Position numbers and translations under genes: made by a program. From Candidatus Lokiarchaeum ossiferum (lineage in GTDB: Archaea > Asgardarchaeota > Lokiarchaeia > Sigyniarchaeales > Promethearchaeaceae): 32,000 nt of DNA. Below are positions 26,556 to 32,000 of this stretch, one piece after another (positions within the stretch are counted from its first letter, which is position 1; each line of letters starts with the position of its first letter). The notes under the pieces were generated by a model. The model saw only the letters and a program-made list of their open reading frames with translations, made no database searches and was not told the DNA's origin. Location: positions 1,950,001 through 1,982,000 of the forward strand of contig CP104013.1 of assembly GCA_025839675.1 (NCBI GenBank), in the 5' to 3' direction.

Positions 26556-26557
26556 TT

Positions 26558-26914
26558 ATGCCGTTATCATCACAAGTTGCGGATTTTTTTGCAACATTGG
26601 GAGATCACACTAGAATCAAAATTTTAGGAATGGTTTATGCTTATCCATTAACAGTAAATGAAATAAGTGAACGTTTAGGTGATATGAGCCTCCCGGCACT
26701 TTCATATCAATTACGAAAATTAGAAGAACAGCATCTAATAAAATTTGAAAAAGATCCAAAAGATGGTCGTCGAAAATTAGTTTATTTAGCCGATAAACAC
26801 GTAACGCACATACTGAATGATGCTATCGTTCATTTAAAGGGCGGAAAAGAATGTGAAGGAAATCTAGAATGCGACGATACAGATAATTTAAAATTATTGA
26901 TGGTGACACAATGA
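26558..26914 (+). CDS. ArsR/SmtB-family metalloregulatory transcriptional repressor
   Basis: 118 aa. FATLGDHTRIKILGMV...LTVNEISERLGDMSLPALSYQLRKLEEQHLI is the ArsR wHTH. An alpha5-like ligand pattern D-x-H-x10-H occurs in ADKHVTHILNDAIVHL. The C-terminal tail has CEGNLEC. The stop overlaps the ATPase start (ATGA). Confidence 0.88.
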   Translation: MPLSSQVADFFATLGDHTRIKILGMVYAYPLTVNEISERLGDMSLPALSYQLRKLEEQHLIKFEKDPKDGRRKLVYLADKHVTHILNDAIVHLKGGKECEGNLECDDTDNLKLLMVTQ

Positions 26915-28956
26915 AAAATACAGCCAATACAAATACATTCATGGTAGAAACAGCAAAAGATGATATTATTCATGTTATTCAGGCTTGCGATGATGATGAT
27001 GATCAGTGCAGTTGTACTTCGGGATGTGCATGTAGCCAAGTTTCTTTGCAAATCGAAGCACCAGAAAAATATAATTGGAAGAAAAGGATGGTGCCCTTCA
27101 CAATCTCTTTCATTCTGGCAATTCTCGGGTTCATTCTTGAAAAATTATCTTCCAATCAAAATTTAAATATTGTTTATTACACAATTTTTACAGTTAGCTA
27201 TGGTTTCGCCGCGTATAATGTATTTATTAACGTATTTAAAAATTTAAGAATAAAAACAATTTTTGATGAAAATTTTTTGATGATTATCGCATCTGTTGGA
27301 GCTATTTTCACCAATAATTTCTTAGAAGCCATTGCAGTAATGTTATTTTATAAACTAGGAGAAATTGTGGAAGGATACGGAGTATTTAAATCTAAGAAAT
27401 CCATCCAATCACTCCTAGAAAATCAACCGGAAATTGCTCATGTTAAAATAGGTGATAAAATTATTGATAAATCACCTAAGGAAGTCCATATTGGTGATAT
27501 CTTATTAGTAAAACCTGGAGAAAAAGTACCATTGGATGGGCTTATGAAATCAAAATATTCCAGGTTTGACACATCAGTTCTTACGGGAGAATCTATTCCA
27601 CGAAAAATTATGGAAAATGAACCAATTTTATCTGGAATGGTCAACCTTAGCAATCTTGTTGAAATTGAAGTCAATAAGTCTTTTGAAAACTCAACCATTG
27701 CCCGTATTATGGATTTAGTCCAGAATGCAGAATCAAATAAATCCCAAACTGAAAAATTTACCAAAAAATTTGCGAAGTACTATACACCAATTGTGGTTAT
27801 TGCAGCCGTCTTACTTGCAATAATACCACCACTCGTTATTTCATCAGCAATATTTAGCGAATGGCTATATCGAGCAATGATATTTTTAGTCATCTCTTGC
27901 CCATGTGCTTTAGTAATTTCGGTTCCATTAACTTATTTTGGAGGAATTGGAGGTGCTTCTCGACATGGAATCCTTATCAAAGGCACTCAACATCTGGAAA
28001 CCTTAGTTAAATTAGATACAATTGTGTTTGACAAAACAGGAACAATTACAAAGGGAAATTTCACAGTCTCGGATATAGTTCCGCTAGATGGCTTCGGATC
28101 TGAAGCTTTTCTCGAGTTAGTTGCATCGATTGAAGCATACTCCAATCATCCAATTGCTTCTTCCATCATCAATTTTTATGGAAAAGAAAATTTAACAAAT
28201 TCGCCTTATAAAATTGAAAATTTCAAAGAAATTCCAGCCTTAGGTATTGTTGCAACAATTGATGGGAAAAAAATTATTGCTGGAAATGATAAAATTTTGC
28301 ATGAATTTAATACTCCACACCATCATGATTATTGCAAAATCACAGGAACAATAGTGCATGTTAGCTTTGACAATAAATATCTAGGGTATTTAAGAATATC
28401 TGATGAAATCAAAGATGATTCGGTTGTAGCATTTTCAAACTTGCGAAAATTGGGCATCCAAAAAATGGTAATTCTTTCGGGGGATGAAGAAACAATTGTA
28501 CGAGAATTGGCTCAAGAATTAAAGTTGGATGGATATTTCGCAGGATTAATGCCGGATGAAAAAGTAGAACAATTTGAACGGTTAAAAACAAGCAAGAACA
28601 AAGTCGCATATGTTGGTGATGGGATAAATGATGCTCCAGTAATTGCACGAGCCGATGTGGGATTCGCAATGGGAGGTTTTGGATCAGATGCCGCGATTGA
28701 ATCTGCAGATGTGGTCTTGATGACAGATGCTATGACCAAAATAGGTGAGACCATTCAAATTGCGAAACGAACCCGCATCATCAATTGGCAGAACATTTTC
28801 TTAATCTTCTTGGTGAAGGGAGTCTTCTTATTACTTGGAGCCTTGGGATTAATGACCATGTGGGGAGCAGTGTTTGCTGATGTCGGAATGGCTCTTATTG
28901 CCATCATCAATTCACGACGAATGTTGAAATTCAATCCCATCCCATATAAGAAATAA
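26911..28956 (+). CDS. heavy-metal translocating P1B-2-type ATPase (Zn2+/Cd2+/Pb2+-type signature)
   Basis: 681 aa. TGES, DKTGT, and GDGINDAP are present. The TM6 motif is CPCALVISVP (CPCx4SxP), TM7 is NIFLIFLVK (Nx7K), and TM8 is DVG. Together these form the P1B-2 signature set. There is no GMxCxxC HMA domain; the N-terminus instead carries CDDDDDQCSCTSGCAC. Confidence 0.92.
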   Translation: MKNTANTNTFMVETAKDDIIHVIQACDDDDDQCSCTSGCACSQVSLQIEAPEKYNWKKRMVPFTISFILAILGFILEKLSSNQNLNIVYYTIFTVSYGFAAYNVFINVFKNLRIKTIFDENFLMIIASVGAIFTNNFLEAIAVMLFYKLGEIVEGYGVFKSKKSIQSLLENQPEIAHVKIGDKIIDKSPKEVHIGDILLVKPGEKVPLDGLMKSKYSRFDTSVLTGESIPRKIMENEPILSGMVNLSNLVEIEVNKSFENSTIARIMDLVQNAESNKSQTEKFTKKFAKYYTPIVVIAAVLLAIIPPLVISSAIFSEWLYRAMIFLVISCPCALVISVPLTYFGGIGGASRHGILIKGTQHLETLVKLDTIVFDKTGTITKGNFTVSDIVPLDGFGSEAFLELVASIEAYSNHPIASSIINFYGKENLTNSPYKIENFKEIPALGIVATIDGKKIIAGNDKILHEFNTPHHHDYCKITGTIVHVSFDNKYLGYLRISDEIKDDSVVAFSNLRKLGIQKMVILSGDEETIVRELAQELKLDGYFAGLMPDEKVEQFERLKTSKNKVAYVGDGINDAPVIARADVGFAMGGFGSDAAIESADVVLMTDAMTKIGETIQIAKRTRIINWQNIFLIFLVKGVFLLLGALGLMTMWGAVFADVGMALIAIINSRRMLKFNPIPYKK

Positions 28957-28964
28957 CAATCACC

Positions 28965-28973
28965 TTTTTTTTT
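28965..28973 (+). terminator. oligo-T tract (T9) 9 nt after the ATPase stop, before hypD
   Basis: TTTTTTTTT at 28965..28973 lies between the stop at 28956 and the hypD start at 28992. This suggests hypD is at least partly transcribed separately. Confidence 0.35.
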
Positions 28974-28991
28974 CTATTTTCATTTAGCAAA

Positions 28992-30083
28992 TTGATCGTA
29001 GTGAATGCAAATATCGAAAATATTGAATTTAGTAAAGAAATATTAGCCAACTTAAAAACAATCTCTGCCAAATTTCCTCGAAAAGTCACTATCATGCATG
29101 TCTGCGGGACCCATGAGTATACTATTGCAAAAAATGGGATCCGATCCTTACTCCCCGACAATATTGAAGTCATTTCGGGCCCAGGTTGCCCCGTATGCGT
29201 TTGCCCAACAGTTGATTTGGATTTAGCCATTGAACTTAGCAAGCGGAAAGATACCATTATCACGAGTTTTGGTGATATGATGCGAGTACCTTCTTCCACA
29301 ATTTCTCTCCACGAAGCAAAAGCGATGGGATATGATGTTCGAGTAGTATATGGCCCACACGATGCAATTGAATTAGCAAAAAGTAATCCAGATAAAGAAG
29401 TAATTTTCTTCGCAATAGGATTTGAAACAACAGCCCCCTTAATTGCGTTTGAAATATCTGAAAAACCACCTACAAACTTTAGTATAATTACAGCATATAA
29501 AACGGTCCCTCCAGCAATGGATGTACTTTTAGGTCTCGAGGATATAGCAATCGATGGATTTATCCTACCTGGACACGTATGTGCAATAATAGGTTCAGAC
29601 CCTTTTATTCCTTATGCAGAAAAATATCACTCTCCGATGATTGTGAGCGGTTTTGAAGTAAACGACATGCTCATCTCAATTTTAGGAATACTTCAACAAT
29701 TGTTAGAACATCGTGCTGAAGTAGAAAATACATACACGAGGATAGTAAAAGCAGAAGGAAATTTGGCCGCTAAAAAATTTATGAAGCAAATTTTTGAGGA
29801 ATGCGATTCTGTTTGGCGTGGTATTGGCATGATCCCTAAAAGTGGATTGCAATTGCGAGAAGAGTTTCAACAATATGATGCGGTTCGGAAATTCGGAATT
29901 AAGCTTCCTGGAGATGCTAAAATGCCTCCTGGATGTTCTTGCCATTTAGTGTTAATTGGAAAAATCCCTCCTAAGAAATGTCCTTTATTTGGAAAATCTT
30001 GTACCCCTCAAAAACCAGTCGGTCCATGTATGGTTTCGCATGAGGGAAGTTGTAAGATTGCATACACATTTCGAGATATTTAA
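28992..30083 (+). CDS. hypD: [NiFe]-hydrogenase maturation protein HypD
   Basis: 363 aa. MHVCGTHEY (CGxH motif), GPGCPVCV, FFAIGFETTAP, PGHVCAI, and a C-terminal Cys cluster CSCHL...CPLFGKSCTPQKPVGPCMVSHEGSC. The start is non-ATG (TTG at 28992 or GTG at 29001), because the first ATG would remove conserved N-terminal sequence. Confidence 0.9.
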   Translation: MIVVNANIENIEFSKEILANLKTISAKFPRKVTIMHVCGTHEYTIAKNGIRSLLPDNIEVISGPGCPVCVCPTVDLDLAIELSKRKDTIITSFGDMMRVPSSTISLHEAKAMGYDVRVVYGPHDAIELAKSNPDKEVIFFAIGFETTAPLIAFEISEKPPTNFSIITAYKTVPPAMDVLLGLEDIAIDGFILPGHVCAIIGSDPFIPYAEKYHSPMIVSGFEVNDMLISILGILQQLLEHRAEVENTYTRIVKAEGNLAAKKFMKQIFEECDSVWRGIGMIPKSGLQLREEFQQYDAVRKFGIKLPGDAKMPPGCSCHLVLIGKIPPKKCPLFGKSCTPQKPVGPCMVSHEGSCKIAYTFRDI

Positions 30084-30100
30084 GAAAAAAAACAGCCGTA

Positions 30101-30110
30101 TTTTTTTTTT
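30101..30110 (+). terminator. oligo-T tract (T10) 18 nt after the hypD stop
   Basis: TTTTTTTTTT at 30101..30110 in the convergent hypD/oppC-like intergenic region. Confidence 0.4.
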
Positions 30111-30169
30111 GATATTTTCCTTTTACCCATAAAAGCGATTAATTTAGTAAACGCGTGAATAGAATTGTG

Positions 30170-30180
30170 AAAAAAAAAAA
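30170..30180 (-). terminator. oligo-T tract (T11 on the minus strand) about 45 nt after the OppC-like stop
   Basis: A11 on the plus strand at 30170..30180, downstream of the minus-strand stop at 30225. Confidence 0.4.
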
Positions 30181-30224
30181 CCCTAAAAGAAAATGTGTGC
30201 TCATTTTTTTTTAGAAGGAAATTT

Positions 30225-31340
30225 CTAAGCTTCAACTTTTTTAGATTTCTTTTTCTTCTTAATCTTTTTCTGCTTATGACCTTGAATACGGGGATCCATA
30301 GCATCCCGTAACCCATCACCAAAAAGCATGAAACCTAGAACGGTTATAAAAATACCAACCCCAGGCACAAGTGCTGCCCAAATAGCATTATACAATCGAT
30401 CTCGAGCAATATTGATATCATTTCCCCATTCGATCAAAGTAGGATCATTAAATCCGAGGAAAGCTAAACCAGCCAACCCAAGAATCATACCTCCAATGTT
30501 AAAAGTTACTGCGACAACAACAGGAGCAATGCAATTTGGCAAAACATGTTTAAACATGATCCGACCACTCTTTGTTCCCGCGACTTTAGCCGCTTCAACA
30601 TAAGTTTTTCCAATTTCTTGAAGTGCCGAACCTCGTATCAAACGAGCATATCCAGGAATACCCAGAAATCCGAAAATTATTAATATTGTCTGCATGGAAG
30701 TCCCCACAATTGAAAGAATGATGATAACAATAATTAAACCGGGAAACGCCATAATAATGTCCATCACTCGCATTATAATATTATCTACAATTCCTCCTTG
30801 ATAGGCAGCATAGATCCCTAACATCACTCCAAAAACAGAGCTAATAGTTAAGGAAAATAATCCCATTGTGATCGAAGATCTTGCGCCCCAAATAAGCCTT
30901 CCATAAACATCCCGACCAAATTTGGATGTTCCTAATATATATGTTGAATTAGGTTCAGCCCATGGAGGTATTTCTTCATTTACTCCAACCAATTGGGAAA
31001 AAGGAAATTCTGATACTATCCAAGGAGCAAAAACAACCCATATTAAAATTGTTGTAATGATCAAAATACCAAAAATCGTGAGGGGATTATTCAATTTGGA
31101 AGCAAATTTACGTTTGCTTTTAAGCTTATTAAATTCAAAATCTCGCCTGACCAATTCTTCATTATGTGCATTTGGTGTTAGGATGAATTTTAAAAAATCA
31201 GCCTTTATTTCACGAAGTTGCTCCTTATATCCATCTGGCTTATACAACTTACTTTGTCGAATAGCCCACGCTTTTTCCCCATCAATAGATTCAGAAGTTA
31301 AACCAGTTGATCGGGATTCATAATCGATTTTACTTGACAT
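30225..31340 (-). CDS. ABC transporter permease, OppC/DppC-like (peptide/nickel family), with N-terminal extension and Lys-rich C-terminal tail
   Basis: 371 aa. The binding-protein-dependent transport (EAA-loop) region is YVEAAKVAGTKSGRIMFKHVLPN, with about 6 TM helices. GGAGG lies 8 nt upstream of the ATG. The tail is GHKQKKIKKKKKSKKVEA. Confidence 0.88.
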   Translation of the reverse strand: MSSKIDYESRSTGLTSESIDGEKAWAIRQSKLYKPDGYKEQLREIKADFLKFILTPNAHNEELVRRDFEFNKLKSKRKFASKLNNPLTIFGILIITTILIWVVFAPWIVSEFPFSQLVGVNEEIPPWAEPNSTYILGTSKFGRDVYGRLIWGARSSITMGLFSLTISSVFGVMLGIYAAYQGGIVDNIIMRVMDIIMAFPGLIIVIIILSIVGTSMQTILIIFGFLGIPGYARLIRGSALQEIGKTYVEAAKVAGTKSGRIMFKHVLPNCIAPVVVAVTFNIGGMILGLAGLAFLGFNDPTLIEWGNDINIARDRLYNAIWAALVPGVGIFITVLGFMLFGDGLRDAMDPRIQGHKQKKIKKKKKSKKVEA

Positions 31341-31351
31341 TTTTTTTCCTC

Positions 31352-32000
31352 CTAGTACCTTATTCGGGGATCAACCATCCCATAAATTAAATCAGTGATC
31401 AAATTGACGACAACAAAAATGAAGGTCATTAGAAACACCGAAGCATTGATAACATAGTAATCCACCGCTCGAATAGCCAATAATGTGGTAACACCCATTC
31501 CTGCTAAGTTGAAAGTCGATTCGGTTAAAATCGCTCCACCCATCAACCCCGCCACATTTAGTCCAACTATTGTGATGGTAGGAATCATAGCATTACGCCA
31601 AGCATGCTTATAGATAACTTGTTTTTCGGTACACCCCTTAGCCCGAGCAGTTCGAATATAATCAAGTTCTAATACTTCCAACATACTGGAACGCGTTTGG
31701 CGAGTAATACCCGCAATTGTTATAAAGCTTAAACAAAATATGGGTAATAATAGATGCAATGCAGTATCGAAGAACATGGGAAAATTGAGATTTAGTAATG
31801 AGTCCAATAACCGCAATCCAGTTATTTTCTCATTAATATAAGTTATTTCAAAGGCTGTTGTATTATAGTTTGTGGCAAACGGTAAAATTTTTCCCTTAAT
31901 AACCAATAAATATTGCAACATTAGTCCCATCCAAAATACTGGAATGGCAACACCTGCAAGTGCAATAAATCGGATAACAGTATCTTTACCTTGATTTCGA
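31352..32000 (-). CDS. ABC transporter permease, OppB/DppB-like; C-terminal part, gene runs off the right edge
   Basis: EAA-loop YIRTARAKGCTEKQVIYKHAWRNAMIP, ending in DLIYGMVDPRIRY. The track starts it at the Met at 31930, but the frame stays open to the window edge (..RNQGKDTVIRFIALAGVAIPVFWMGLMLQYLL), which matches the conserved permease core. The true start is therefore outside the window. Confidence 0.88.
   Translation of the reverse strand, partial: RNQGKDTVIRFIALAGVAIPVFWMGLMLQYLLVIKGKILPFATNYNTTAFEITYINEKITGLRLLDSLLNLNFPMFFDTALHLLLPIFCLSFITIAGITRQTRSSMLEVLELDYIRTARAKGCTEKQVIYKHAWRNAMIPTITIVGLNVAGLMGGAILTESTFNLAGMGVTTLLAIRAVDYYVINASVFLMTFIFVVVNLITDLIYGMVDPRIRY

Noticed and set aside
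30080-30322. 80-aa minus-strand ORF spanning the hypD/oppC intergenic region
   Set aside because: It overlaps the 3' end of the OppC-like gene in another frame and runs through homopolymer A/T tracts. Its Lys/Phe-rich product is typical of a translated poly-A/T artefact.
1-32000. Linking the left-edge family-5 binding protein with the right-edge OppB/OppC-like permeases as one transporter
   Set aside because: They are about 30 kb apart with many unrelated operons between them. Nothing in the sequence ties them together.
1-32000. Search for tRNA/rRNA genes, CRISPR arrays, IS elements, integrases, toxin-antitoxin or known defence-system genes
   Set aside because: I saw no GTTCGAATC-type T-loops or GC-rich cloverleaf-sized islands, and no regularly spaced direct repeats. 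No transposase/integrase-like or nuclease/helicase-like ORFs were seen either. The only sizeable repeat found is the MFS 3' duplication, reported as a finding. This was a by-eye scan, so small or degenerate elements could have been missed.

Overview
This is an AT-rich (about one-third G+C by eye), gene-dense prokaryotic chromosomal segment with about 30 protein genes. I saw no rRNA, tRNA, CRISPR array, transposase or integrase. The core is a tightly packed seven-gene minus-strand operon (17036-24842: asd-dapA-dapB-lysA-dapF-lysC-dapL). It encodes every step of the LL-diaminopimelate aminotransferase (DapL) route from aspartate to lysine and is preceded by an unusually long ORF-free region of 787 bp. 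Other recognisable content:
- an arsR-family regulator translationally coupled to a P1B-2 (Zn/Cd/Pb-type) P-type ATPase, with a perfect 24-bp palindrome at its start
- a stand-alone hypD
- an ABC-2 exporter pair
- a short MutY/Mig-like glycosylase
- a tandem-fused Lrp/AsnC regulator
- an MFS transporter divergent from a wHTH regulator, with operator-like inverted repeats between them
- an alpha/beta hydrolase, an MBL-fold hydrolase and an APH/choline-kinase-like kinase
- three class I SAM methyltransferases, an SDR, a DUF4256 protein and a beta-helix surface protein
- peptide-type ABC components: a partial family-5 binding protein at the left edge (absent from the ORF track) and OppB/OppC-like permeases at the right edge

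The clearest structural anomaly is a gap-free, roughly 87% identical copy of the last ~190 bp of the MFS gene. It carries an in-frame stop and lies on the far side of the hydrolase gene, so the hydrolase is bracketed by direct repeats. Oligo-T tracts after stop codons, TATA-like boxes about 26-28 nt upstream of some ATGs, and the gene content suggest an archaeal (possibly Asgard- or methanogen-related) origin, but that is inference. I did not find a clear-cut novel multi-gene system. The best candidates for follow-up are the lysine-operon leader, the repeat-bracketed hydrolase, and the kinase/methyltransferase/hydrolase accessory cluster at 9.9-16.7 kb.
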